NCBI GenBank assembly: GCA_002402995.1 | Contig: DHGX01000001.1 | Coordinates: 85,625 to 149,624 of the forward strand | Length of the DNA stretch: 64,000 nt | From: Patescibacteria group bacterium UBA4787 | GTDB lineage: Bacteria; Patescibacteriota; Patescibacteriia; UBA2591; UBA4787 | Direction: 5' to 3' | Shown here: piece by piece, positions 27,064-36,545 of the stretch | Position numbering within the stretch: the stretch's first letter is position 1 | Layout: the number at the start of each line of letters is the position of its first letter | Program-made: the position numbers and the translations under genes | Notes under the pieces: model-generated | The model's input: only the letters and a program-made list of their open reading frames with translations | Told to the model about the DNA's origin: nothing | Databases searched by the model: none

Positions 27064-28668
27064 TTATTTAACGGGGTAAACTTTTTTAATATCCACACCT
27101 GTATAATAATATTTTAAAATTTGCAGATAATTAGCGCCTTGTTGGGCGGCGACAATCGCGCTTCTTTGCGGCATGCCTACGCCGTGTCCTAATAATTTTT
27201 TGCCTACGCCCGGCGGATCATTTTTAGCGATTAAATACGGCACTGGAGCCGTGGTCATCCTGACGTCGTAAGAGCTGCGAGTGCGGCCATCGCTTTGCGC
27301 GAAATAATAAGCGACAATCGGGTCGTTATTGTATAGAATGACTTGTCCGCGAGTTTCTTCCGCTGCCCGGCCGATATTCGGCGCGCGTTTTTCAAAATTA
27401 TAGCCGCGGTAAACCTGGTCGGCCTGCGTAGCTTTTAAGGTGAAAATTGGTTCTTCGTCCGGCGTATCGGTGTATTTTGGATTTAGATATCTGAATATCG
27501 CATAGGTGCGAGCCGCGATTTTTTGCGCTTTTAATAGTTCGTAGGGCGATGAATCTGAAACCTCAGACACACTTTTGAGATATTTCTCCATAGGCAATTC
27601 GTTAATTAACCAACATCTTTCGGTATTCGGGTTATATTGAACTTCTATAAGACCGCGAAATTCATTGTCGTTAACTGGCATACCCCAAAAAGGTCCGTTA
27701 TTCCAACTGACAATTTTGAAAATTGTGTTTTCGTCTCTTGGTAAGAATCTTAATAGTTGGTCGGTCATTAATAATCGTTGGCCGTTAGAATTGATAAAAT
27801 ATCTTTTAAGATTAAAATCAAAATTAATTTCTAACAGGTCGCCACTCGTCGCATTTACGAGAAGGTTGTTATTTTTATCTCTGATTTCATAGGGCGCATT
27901 ATCCAAAGTTTGAATTTTAATAGGAAGATATTTTTCTTGATCTTTGGTGTCAGCGAAAAATAAGGCCACTCTAAGAGTTGGTTCGGTGAAACGAAGATCT
28001 TCAGGAATACTTTGATCCGAAGAAATCACCTGCCAGAAATAAGGAGTTGGAGAATTATTAATCTGTTCGTTGGCTATGGGTGGAGGAGGCGGCGACGGAT
28101 TTTTACCGCCATATACATTCATTATAATTTCAATTGTGCCACCGGGAATCGGGTCTTTGCCTGCGAATAGGCTGAGTTTATTGGAATAAGGGCCGTTGAT
28201 GTCAGGCGCTTTAACTTTGAATTTAAAAGTGCCGACGACATTCGGGTCAACATAATACTTAACGCGATAGGCTTCGTTTTGAGACAGCCACTCTTTGGCG
28301 TAAAAATCACTATTCTCGCCATTAATCATTTTCAAACTGACAGGCTTGTCGATATTTTTGCCGAGCCATTTTTGGGCGCCGATATTTTTAAATTTAACGA
28401 TAAAAGTCGCTTCTTCGCCAGCTTTTAATTTGAGCGGTTCAATCGGATTCTGCTCTACGCGCAAGGCCTTATAGGCTGGTTTGGCGACTTGTTCGGTTGT
28501 AGCGGTTGCCGCGTATGCATAATTCACCCCGAATTTATTTTGCAAAAAATTTCCCAATAAACTAAGCAACATAGAAACGATCACCACAATAATTATGGCG
28601 ATAAATAAGGCGAGCCAAACTTCTTTACTGGAATGACTTTTCTTGTTTTTTAATTCTTTTTCTTCCAT
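27064..28668 (-). CDS. SpoIID/LytB-domain protein with N-terminal TM and Ig-like domain
   Basis: INELPMEKYL, LKAQKIAARTYA, DQVYRG, GHGVGMPQ, YLQILKYYYTG. Confidence 0.88.
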   Translation of the reverse strand: MEEKELKNKKSHSSKEVWLALFIAIIIVVIVSMLLSLLGNFLQNKFGVNYAYAATATTEQVAKPAYKALRVEQNPIEPLKLKAGEEATFIVKFKNIGAQKWLGKNIDKPVSLKMINGENSDFYAKEWLSQNEAYRVKYYVDPNVVGTFKFKVKAPDINGPYSNKLSLFAGKDPIPGGTIEIIMNVYGGKNPSPPPPPIANEQINNSPTPYFWQVISSDQSIPEDLRFTEPTLRVALFFADTKDQEKYLPIKIQTLDNAPYEIRDKNNNLLVNATSGDLLEINFDFNLKRYFINSNGQRLLMTDQLLRFLPRDENTIFKIVSWNNGPFWGMPVNDNEFRGLIEVQYNPNTERCWLINELPMEKYLKSVSEVSDSSPYELLKAQKIAARTYAIFRYLNPKYTDTPDEEPIFTLKATQADQVYRGYNFEKRAPNIGRAAEETRGQVILYNNDPIVAYYFAQSDGRTRSSYDVRMTTAPVPYLIAKNDPPGVGKKLLGHGVGMPQRSAIVAAQQGANYLQILKYYYTGVDIKKVYPVK

Positions 28669-28703
28669 GTTTAAAATTATTTTAGCTGAAAATTATGACT
28701 CAG

Positions 28704-28843
28704 TCAACCCCTCACATGGGAACGATATGTTTTGTCTTAGTTAGGGAAAGACATTTTTATTTTAAATAGATTTTTGGTTCTCGTTTCATGTATTAAAAGA
28801 AAAATATATTAAATTCCTTGATTGTTCCCATGTGAGGGGTTGA
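28704..28843. mobile_element. MITE-like 140-bp element with 20-bp perfect terminal inverted repeats
   Basis: TCAACCCCTCACATGGGAAC (28704-28723) and GTTCCCATGTGAGGGGTTGA (28824-28843). Confidence 0.65.
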
Positions 28844-28934
28844 TTTGACAAAAGGCGATTTTTGTGACTAAATAATTTTAGTCAGAAAAAAGTTCTTTAA
28901 AATAAATTTTCAATCAATAAATAGGAGCCTGGTA

Positions 28935-29654
28935 ATGAGCAAGACAATCTTCTCGGTCGGCTTTGTACTGGTGTTTTTGGTAGGCCTTAGTTTCGCCCAA
29001 GCCGACCTTGATTCTACTACAACGGTTATCTCAGATCCTTCTTTAATTATGGACGACACAGAGAAGGAAATAGCCCATCGGAAATATCAGAGCTGGGACG
29101 AGATCTTTCGTTTAGGAAAGGCCCAGAAATCCTGTCGCGATTCTGGCGTTAATATCCCCGAGGAATATATTGCCTATACTCGCTACAAGATTGAGCAACT
29201 TTTCAGCGACTCAAGCAACTTTGTTTTCAACGAGAAGGAACTCAATTATATTGTTCAGCAAAAGTTGAGTGAGAAAGCAGGCAATCCGTCAGCCGAAAGC
29301 GTGAAAGTTTTTCTAAGAGACGGCCTAATCAAGGCGAGCGGGACGTTGCTGTCGCCTTTTCGCGCTTCAGTAGTTGTTATGATCAAATCAACGATCGATG
29401 ACAGCACCCACGACGCGAGACTAAAGGTAGTTTCTATGAAAATAAAACGCAAGAGCTTCTTCTCTAAATTCCTTCCTGTACCTCGTCCCATCGTCAATAA
29501 TTTAGCCAACCGCGACCTGAAGAAAATACTTGCTTTTATGCGCGAATATGGCTATCAGATGAAAATCGTCATAACGCCATCAGCTATTCGATTGCTCGGC
29601 CACAAGATAGAGCCGACAATATCGACAACGGCTAGTTTCAAAAACAAGAGGTGA
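28935..29654 (+). CDS. Exported hypothetical protein
   Basis: SD AGGAG, signal peptide, 239 aa. Confidence 0.7.
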   Translation: MSKTIFSVGFVLVFLVGLSFAQADLDSTTTVISDPSLIMDDTEKEIAHRKYQSWDEIFRLGKAQKSCRDSGVNIPEEYIAYTRYKIEQLFSDSSNFVFNEKELNYIVQQKLSEKAGNPSAESVKVFLRDGLIKASGTLLSPFRASVVVMIKSTIDDSTHDARLKVVSMKIKRKSFFSKFLPVPRPIVNNLANRDLKKILAFMREYGYQMKIVITPSAIRLLGHKIEPTISTTASFKNKR

Positions 29655-29927
29655 ATTAAATTCACCTCTTTTATTTAGAATATTTAGAAAAAATATGGTA
29701 TACTAATGGAATAAAGGATATTAAGCCCTGTGTTTGTTTCACTCGCTCCAAAAAGCAAATGAATCTGTTTTCCCGCCTGCCAATGCCTTGAGCCGACCTA
29801 AATAAAAACTTTTTATTAAAGATGTCATATTGCTGCCATAAACAAAATAGTTCACGACAACACGGCATAAGGCGAATGGCGGGCAGGTCTCTCGCTTGTC
29901 CACAAATAAAATAACGAATTCTACAAA

Positions 29928-30524
29928 ATGACTTTATTAAAAAATAAACCTATCTTTTCTTGGATAATTGTAGTTGCCTTGCTCGCTCTGGTTATAGGGA
30001 TATTCACGCCCTTGTTATTTAATGATGAATTTTTTGAAAAAGAGCCCGCGTCTCAAAATAAAAAAATTGCAATTTATTTTAATAATAATCAGCTCAATCC
30101 GAACCTTAGCGACTGTAGTAAGACTTATCCAGTTTTTAGAACCATAAACGATGAAATTAATCTGTCGGAAGCGGCACTGAAAGAATTGTTCAAGGGTCCG
30201 ACCGAACAAGAAAAAGAGCAGGGCTATATTTCCTGGTTCTCTCCTCAAACAAAATTTATCTTAAAAAATCTTAAAATAGAAAATAATACAGCCTATGTTG
30301 ATTTAATAGACATTCGGTCTATTATCCCTAATGCTTCTAGTAGCTGTGGTAGCGCGGAATTTTTATCTGAAATAGAAAATACGCTTAAACAATTCCCCGA
30401 AATAGAAAAAATTATCTTTGCTATTAATGAAAAGCCGTCCGATTTTTACGAATGGATACAGATCGGCTGTGATAAGCAGTTGAATAATTGCGACGAAGGG
30501 CCCTTCGCTAATTTTAAAAAATAA
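29928..30524 (+). CDS. GerMN-domain protein
   Basis: AALKELFKGPTEQE, AYVDL, IENTLKQFPEIEKI; N-terminal TM. Confidence 0.85.
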   Translation: MTLLKNKPIFSWIIVVALLALVIGIFTPLLFNDEFFEKEPASQNKKIAIYFNNNQLNPNLSDCSKTYPVFRTINDEINLSEAALKELFKGPTEQEKEQGYISWFSPQTKFILKNLKIENNTAYVDLIDIRSIIPNASSSCGSAEFLSEIENTLKQFPEIEKIIFAINEKPSDFYEWIQIGCDKQLNNCDEGPFANFKK

Positions 30525-30540
30525 TTTATTTTTTACAATT

Positions 30541-30684
30541 ATGAATGTTTATTTCAAAAACATTGGTGTAATGTTGCCGAAAATACTTTTGTCAAACAAA
30601 AAAGTCGACTTAAGGAAGTGGTCGGTAGTGGCCTGCGACCAATATGCTTCAGGGCCGGCCTATTGGCAAAAAGTTTCTATTTAG
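30541..30684 (+). pseudogene. Truncated N-terminal fragment of a DUF1015-family gene
   Basis: Translates MNVYFKNIGVMLPKILLSNKKVDLRKWSVVACDQYASGPAYWQKVSI*; KWxVxACDQY..P.YW matches the DUF1015 N-terminus as recalled. Confidence 0.6.
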
Positions 30685-30717
30685 AGCGTCGGAAGATTAA
30701 ATAAGCCGTTCTAGCAA

Positions 30718-31281
30718 ATGAGCGTTTATACTCCAAAAATTCAAGAAGCATTGGAATTTGCCGCCAAAGTCCATCAGAATCAAAAAAGAAAGATCGGCGG
30801 TTTGCCATATTTAATACATTCTGTGGGTGTAGCCTTGATTTTGACAGGAATAAACACAGAAGAAGATTTGATCGCCGCCGCCTTACTCCATGACACCATA
30901 GAAGACGGCGAAGGAATTAACAAAGAAGTTTTAGCTAAAAAATTTGGTGATAGAGTAGCCGAAATTGTTTATGGGGTTAGTGAAAAAAGTAAATCATTGT
31001 CATGGCAAGAAAGAAAAGTTGAGGCACTTGATCATGTTGTCAGGGCGGGTTATGACGAGATTTTGGTTAAATCGGCCGACGTGGTTTATAATATGAATGA
31101 TGTCGCCACCAGTTATCAGAATGAGGGCGAGGCGATATTTGAGCACTTTAAGGCTGGCAAAGAACAGCAACTAGAGCGTTATCAAAAATTAGTTAAAACT
31201 ATAAAAAACAAATGGCCGCAGAACCCATTAATGCAGGAGTTAGAGGAAAAGCTGAGCAAGCTGGAGAATCTTTGGCAATAA
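30718..31281 (+). CDS. HD-domain protein (Mesh1/small alarmone hydrolase-like)
   Basis: FAAKVHQNQKRK..PYLIH, AALLHDTIED, VKSAD..N. Confidence 0.85.
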   Translation: MSVYTPKIQEALEFAAKVHQNQKRKIGGLPYLIHSVGVALILTGINTEEDLIAAALLHDTIEDGEGINKEVLAKKFGDRVAEIVYGVSEKSKSLSWQERKVEALDHVVRAGYDEILVKSADVVYNMNDVATSYQNEGEAIFEHFKAGKEQQLERYQKLVKTIKNKWPQNPLMQELEEKLSKLENLWQ

Positions 31282-31337
31282 ATTTTAATAATTAATAGAA
31301 CATAATTAATTTCTGGCGCAACGATTTATTTGATATT

Positions 31338-31589
31338 TGCCCCGTAATACAACTTCGATGAGACCGACTCTGGTCGGCCCAAAAATCATGGAAAATTTTG
31401 TTAGTTAGATTGATAAACCCCGTTAGAGATTTAAAATTAAATATATTTAGGAGATTGACAAGAGCCGTGAGGCGGCTTCGCCTTAGTTGGGCGACAAAAG
31501 ATAGTCTCGGCTGAATCTCTAACGGGGTAAACATAAATATTTATTAGGACATAAAAATTATTAAAAATATCGAAGATGATATACGGGGT
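31338..31589. mobile_element. Miniature inverted-repeat element family A, with a second IR element nested at ~31417-31528
   Basis: CCCCGTAATACAACTTCGAT...ATCGAAGATGATATACGGGG, same ends as 35833-35977; nested CCCCGTTAGAGATT...AATCTCTAACGGGG. Confidence 0.75.
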
Positions 31590-31652
31590 TTGCCAAAATC
31601 ATTTTATTTCTATAGAATAATTGAGTATTTTAAAATTAAAAGTCTTTTTAAT

Positions 31653-33050
31653 ATGCTTAAGAGAACTATTGTTTCGGACGCAGTGAATAAAGTAGGGCAA
31701 GAAGTCCGGCTTTGCGGTTGGGTTAATACGCGCCGTAATATGGGCAAAATTGTTTTTATTGATTTCCGCGATCGCAGCGGATTGGTTCAGGTTATTTTGG
31801 CGCCTAAAGAATTAGACGATGATTCACGGGAAGTCATTAAAATCATTCGCCCAGAATTCGTGTTAGAAATTATTGGTATGGTTAATGCGCGACCAGTTGG
31901 TCAAATAAAAGAAGAACAATTAACCGGCGCCGTGGAGATTATGGTCAGGTCGGTGAAAATATTGAATGAATCGGAGACTCCGCCCTTTGAAATTGATAAT
32001 GAAACTTTGCAGGCCAACGAGGAGCTTCGTTTGAAATATCGTTATTTGGATCTTCGTCATGAAAGGATGAAAAATAATATTATTATTCGAGACAAGATTT
32101 TTAAATATTTCCGCGATTATCTTTCTCAAAAAGATTTTTTGGAAATTGAAACCCCGATTTTATGTAAGGGCACACCGGAGGGGGCGCGTGAATATTTGGT
32201 GCCTTCGCGCGTTTATCCCGGCAAATTTTATGTTTTGGCGCAGTCGCCCCAGCAATTTAAGCAGCTGCTTATGGTTAGCGGCATGGAAAGATATTTTCAA
32301 ATCGCCAGGTGTTTCCGTGATGAAGACAGCCGCGGTGATCGCCAGCCTGAATTTACCCAATTAGACTTAGAAATTAGCTTTGTTGAGCGCGAAGACGTAA
32401 TGAATTTGATCGAAGACATGCAGATAGAAACCATTAAAGATTTATTTCCGTATAAGCATATAACCCAAACGCCATTTCCGCGATTTACTTGGAAAGAGGT
32501 GATGGAAAAATACGGCACGGATAAACCCGACATTCGCAAAGACAAAAACGATAAAGATGAACTGGGTTTCTGTTGGGTAGTTGATTTTCATTTCTTCGAG
32601 AAAACAGATGGCGGTAAATGGATTTTCACGCATAATCCTTTTTCCGCGCCAAAGACGGAATTTATGGAAAACCTGATGAAAAAAGAAAATATCGAAGAGA
32701 TCATAACCACCCAATACGATTTAGTTTTGAATGGCGTTGAGGTCGCTGGGGGTAGTATCCGTAATCATCAACCCGAGGCTTTAAGAAGGGTTTTCGAAAT
32801 TATGGATTTGAGCGAGGAACAGATTGAAAGTAACTTCGGTCATATGTTTGAAGCACTTAAATATGGAGCTCCGCCACATGGCGGCATTGCCATAGGGCTT
32901 GATCGTTTGGTTATGATTTTACAAAACGAACCCAGTATTCGCGAAGTTATAGCTTTCCCCAAAACCAGCGATGGCCGCGATCCGATGATGGGCGCGCCCT
33001 CAGAGATACCATCGGAAAAAATTAAAGAAGCCAACATTAATATTTTATAA
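31653..33050 (+). CDS. aspS: Aspartate--tRNA ligase, bacterial type lacking the GAD domain
   Basis: OB-fold, RLKYRYLDLR, TPEGAREYLVPSR, QSPQQFKQLLM, FRDED.RGDRQPEFTQLD, GAPPHGGIAIGLDR. Confidence 0.96.
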   Translation: MLKRTIVSDAVNKVGQEVRLCGWVNTRRNMGKIVFIDFRDRSGLVQVILAPKELDDDSREVIKIIRPEFVLEIIGMVNARPVGQIKEEQLTGAVEIMVRSVKILNESETPPFEIDNETLQANEELRLKYRYLDLRHERMKNNIIIRDKIFKYFRDYLSQKDFLEIETPILCKGTPEGAREYLVPSRVYPGKFYVLAQSPQQFKQLLMVSGMERYFQIARCFRDEDSRGDRQPEFTQLDLEISFVEREDVMNLIEDMQIETIKDLFPYKHITQTPFPRFTWKEVMEKYGTDKPDIRKDKNDKDELGFCWVVDFHFFEKTDGGKWIFTHNPFSAPKTEFMENLMKKENIEEIITTQYDLVLNGVEVAGGSIRNHQPEALRRVFEIMDLSEEQIESNFGHMFEALKYGAPPHGGIAIGLDRLVMILQNEPSIREVIAFPKTSDGRDPMMGAPSEIPSEKIKEANINIL

Positions 33051-33061
33051 TATTAGACTCA

Positions 33062-33961
33062 ATGGCCCGCATTTTTAAATTAGCTTGGCAAAATTTTGTC
33101 CGCAATATTTGGTTGTCGTGCACATTAATTATCATTTTGATATTAATGTTTTTTTCGTTTAGTATCGTCAGCGGCATAAATTTGATAATACGCGAAACAG
33201 TCAATAGCTTACGCAATCGAGTTGATTTGAGCCTTTATTTTAAGCCGAATGCAGGGGAAGAGAAAATAAATGTTTTAAAAAATCAGCTTCAAAAGATGCC
33301 GGAAATTCAAGAGATTAATTATGTATCACCAGAAGAAGCTTTAGTTAAATTTAAAGATCTTCACGTACAGGACAACCTAATCAATAAGTCACTGGAAGAA
33401 TTAGATAAGAATCCTTTTGGCGGCACGATTTTAATTAAAGTGAAATCAATTGAAGATTACGAAGCGGTTCGGGAATTATTAAAGGGCGATGCCTACCAAC
33501 AAATTATTCAAGAAATGAATTTTTATAATTATGAACAAGTAGTTACGCAAATCGATCAATGGGGGACAAAAATTAAATTTACCGGATTTTTGGTCAGCAG
33601 TATCTTTGTTCTAATCGTTGCCTTGGTCGTTTTTAACGCCATTCGATTGAGTATTTATGCTCGCCAGGAAGAAATTAAAATTATGCGACTAGTCGGGGCG
33701 TCAGCTGGATTTATTCGTTGGCCGTTTATTTTGGAAATAACATTTAGTATTTTATTGAGCTGGATTATCGCGGGCGGATGTTTTATTTCTTCTCTGTATT
33801 TTATTCAACCCAAGATTTTTGAATTTTTAAACTTTAATTTCCCGATTTCCACATATGTTTTGAATAATCTCCCGATATTTTTTGGGCCGCAATTAATTTT
33901 TGCTTTTCTGATTTGTATCTTGAGCTCCTCTTTGGCTATGCGCAAATATTTGGAGATTTAA
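33062..33961 (+). CDS. ftsX: Cell division permease FtsX
   Basis: AWQNFVRN, YVSPEEAL, FNAIRLSIYARQEEIKIMRLVGAS..FIRWPF. Confidence 0.92.
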   Translation: MARIFKLAWQNFVRNIWLSCTLIIILILMFFSFSIVSGINLIIRETVNSLRNRVDLSLYFKPNAGEEKINVLKNQLQKMPEIQEINYVSPEEALVKFKDLHVQDNLINKSLEELDKNPFGGTILIKVKSIEDYEAVRELLKGDAYQQIIQEMNFYNYEQVVTQIDQWGTKIKFTGFLVSSIFVLIVALVVFNAIRLSIYARQEEIKIMRLVGASAGFIRWPFILEITFSILLSWIIAGGCFISSLYFIQPKIFEFLNFNFPISTYVLNNLPIFFGPQLIFAFLICILSSSLAMRKYLEI

Positions 33962-33966
33962 TTTTT

Positions 33967-35355
33967 ATGTTAGCTTATTTTAAAACCAAGAGATTTAAAA
34001 TTTATTTGGGTTTAGCCCTGTCTATATTTATTGTTCTGCCGGTTTTGGCAGGGTTTTTTTATTTAGCTACTCCCATAGATAATTTGCGTGATTTAACACC
34101 CAAAGATCAGACGATCTTTTATGCTCATTTTAACGTCAATACGCGTCATCTGATTGGCAATCGCGCCTATCATTTTCTTAAAGATCATTGGCCAGAGAAG
34201 GAATTGACGCAATTATACGCGAGATACCCAATTTATGAGCTTTTTAAGTACAATTTTAATGTCGCAATTTTGGACGCTCTCGATGACTTTTCGTTGGTTC
34301 TTTTAAAAGACGAGAAAGACGGAACCATAAATCCGATTGTGATGTATCATTTTAAATCATCTTTTTCGTCGCCAACAATTGTAACTGGCGAAAAAAGAGA
34401 CAATCAAGTTTATAGTCGGCTACTTGATAATCGAATCGCAGTCATTGGCTTAAAAGAGAATTTATTGAATGAATTCTTGTCGCCGGCCCATTCGCCATTT
34501 TCTAAGATTATTTCGCCGCTTCAATATGTCAGCAATGATTTTTTGAACGGCTACGCGACTAATAATATTCTGCCGAGCAATAATTATTTTTCTTTTTTGG
34601 GGAAAGAAAGCGTACAAAAGATTGGCCAGATAAAATTTAGGGCCCGCAATCTTAAAAATTTAATTTTTTTTGAGGCTAGGGTTTTTGATGTAGGGAATGA
34701 AGAGGTTCGTCTTTTTGAAGATCATTTTTCAAATTTTGTTAACTTTTTATCGCCCCGGCCCGGGCTGGCTAGTTTTTTTAATATTGAAATCGATTCGAGT
34801 ATTAGAATTTTTCTCGGACTCAATAATGCTTCTTTAATTGATGGAGACAACGGGGCGCAAATTTATTTACGTGGTCCGCAATTTTCGCCAAATTTATTTT
34901 GGGAAGATTTTAAAAATAATTTAGCTCGAGCTTTTCCAGAAGAAAAAACGATACTTCTGCCCGATAAAACCAAGACGATCGAATATATTATGAACCTTGA
35001 TCGTTTTTCCGCCGAGAAAGAGCAAGTTGAAGATTTTACTTTAAATAAAATTATTATTAATCGTCCTGACTTATCATCGAAAAATCGAGAGCGCGCATGG
35101 GCTTTTAATGACCATTTCGTAATTTTAGGCAACAATATTAATTTTGTAAAAAATATTATCAACAATTATTATCTTAATTCCCAAGACAAGCGTTTCGTAA
35201 AAGATTTATTAATTCTAAAAACGAGATGTGTTCCTTTAGATAGCAAAAAAATAATTTTTTATAATTTTCCAGCACAAGGATGGTTTAAAAAATTAATTGC
35301 AGGCATGGTTCTTTCCGATAATTCTCTTCTCTGGGGCGGTTGTTTTTCGTACTAG
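33967..35355 (+). CDS. Hypothetical protein with N-terminal TM anchor
   Basis: Long ORF directly after ftsX; ATG at 33967. Confidence 0.65.
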   Translation: MLAYFKTKRFKIYLGLALSIFIVLPVLAGFFYLATPIDNLRDLTPKDQTIFYAHFNVNTRHLIGNRAYHFLKDHWPEKELTQLYARYPIYELFKYNFNVAILDALDDFSLVLLKDEKDGTINPIVMYHFKSSFSSPTIVTGEKRDNQVYSRLLDNRIAVIGLKENLLNEFLSPAHSPFSKIISPLQYVSNDFLNGYATNNILPSNNYFSFLGKESVQKIGQIKFRARNLKNLIFFEARVFDVGNEEVRLFEDHFSNFVNFLSPRPGLASFFNIEIDSSIRIFLGLNNASLIDGDNGAQIYLRGPQFSPNLFWEDFKNNLARAFPEEKTILLPDKTKTIEYIMNLDRFSAEKEQVEDFTLNKIIINRPDLSSKNRERAWAFNDHFVILGNNINFVKNIINNYYLNSQDKRFVKDLLILKTRCVPLDSKKIIFYNFPAQGWFKKLIAGMVLSDNSLLWGGCFSY

Positions 35356-35363
35356 CTTATTTG

Positions 35364-35383
35364 TGGGGATAAGTTGTGGATAA
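35364..35383 (-). promoter_or_regulatory. Tandem DnaA boxes upstream of the TraR/DksA gene
   Basis: TGTGGATAA (perfect reverse complement of TTATCCACA) at 35375-35383 and TGGGGATAA at 35364-35372. Confidence 0.5.
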
Positions 35384-35460
35384 GGCTCTTGCCAGAAACG
35401 GCGATAAGCATAATATATTGTAATTATCTTAATAAATGACTAATCTTTATTTTTTATCTT

Positions 35461-35826
35461 ATGAACAAAAAAGACATGGAATTATTTAAAAATCGTCTGG
35501 AGGAGATGAAAAAGAGCGTAGAGGGCCAGCTAAGCGAAGTGGCTGAAAAAAGCTCGCATGGCGAGAACGTTTACGAAGCTAAATTCCCCGAATTTGGAGA
35601 CACGGAAGATGAAAATATTGACGAGGTAACCACTTTCGTTGATCGTCTCTCCATCGAAGAAAATTTAGAAAATCAATTACAAGAAATTAATTTGGCATTG
35701 GAAAAAATAAAAAAGAATAAATATGGTTTTTGCGAGTCTTGTGATAAAGAAATTCAAGAAAAAAGGCTAGAGGCCATACCAACCGCTCGTTGGTGTTTAG
35801 AATGTAAGGCAAAGATAAGCAAATAA
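35461..35826 (+). CDS. TraR/DksA C4-type zinc finger protein
   Basis: ALEKIKKNKYGFCESCDKEIQEKRLEAIPTARWCLEC. Confidence 0.9.
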   Translation: MNKKDMELFKNRLEEMKKSVEGQLSEVAEKSSHGENVYEAKFPEFGDTEDENIDEVTTFVDRLSIEENLENQLQEINLALEKIKKNKYGFCESCDKEIQEKRLEAIPTARWCLECKAKISK

Positions 35827-35832
35827 TCATTA

Positions 35833-35977
35833 TGCCCCGTAATACAACTTCGATGGGGCCGACGATAGTCGGCCCAGAACCCCCCCAGGAGAATTTTATT
35901 AGTTAGATTTATAAATATAAATAATATTTACCAAGATCCAAAAAATTATTAAAAATATCGAAGATGATATACGGGGT
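35833..35977. mobile_element. Miniature inverted-repeat element family A, copy 2, abutting the lspA start codon
   Basis: TATG-CCCCGTAATACAACTTCGAT...ATCGAAGATGATATACGGGG-TATG. Confidence 0.75.
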
Positions 35978-36427
35978 ATGTCAATTATTTATTTTAGGAT
36001 TAAAAGATGGTCTGCCATCTTATTAGTTCTTATTTTTTTTATTTTTGACCGCGCGCTAAAAGAAATTTATTTTTATTTCAACCATCATAAAAATTTATTT
36101 TATTTTTTTGATAGCGGATTATTTTTAAATAGAAATTTTGTTTTTGGAATGATCGAACCATCCTGTTTGATGATGATCGTCCTTGCTGTATTTTTTATTT
36201 TTTTAATTTGGCAGGCGATTAATTTTTGGCAGAAAAATTCTTGGGTTAACTTTTTTGCTTTTAGTTTAATTATCGCCGGAGCCTTCTCAAATATTTTGGA
36301 CAGATTTTTTTACGAAGCCGTGGTAGATTATTGGCAGATGCGGAATTTAAATATTTTTAATTTTTCCGATATAATGATTATCGGCGGTTTAATTATTTTT
36401 ATAATTAATTTTTTAAAGAAAAAATAA
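35978..36427 (+). CDS. lspA: Lipoprotein signal peptidase II
   Basis: FDRALK, GAFSNILDR, VVDY, IFNFSD. Confidence 0.85.
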   Translation: MSIIYFRIKRWSAILLVLIFFIFDRALKEIYFYFNHHKNLFYFFDSGLFLNRNFVFGMIEPSCLMMIVLAVFFIFLIWQAINFWQKNSWVNFFAFSLIIAGAFSNILDRFFYEAVVDYWQMRNLNIFNFSDIMIIGGLIIFIINFLKKK

Positions 36428-36545
36428 GAGGTATTAAACCCTGTGTTATCTGCGCTCGCCCCGCCTTAACTCGCGTCGGCGAGGCAGCCGGGAAAAGAAA
36501 ATTCATTTGCTTTTCACTCACTCGCTTAATAATAATCAAAATAAA

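Noticed and set aside
31292-31534. 80-aa minus-strand ORF (MFTPLEI..SLTG)
   Set aside because: Lies entirely within nested inverted-repeat elements.
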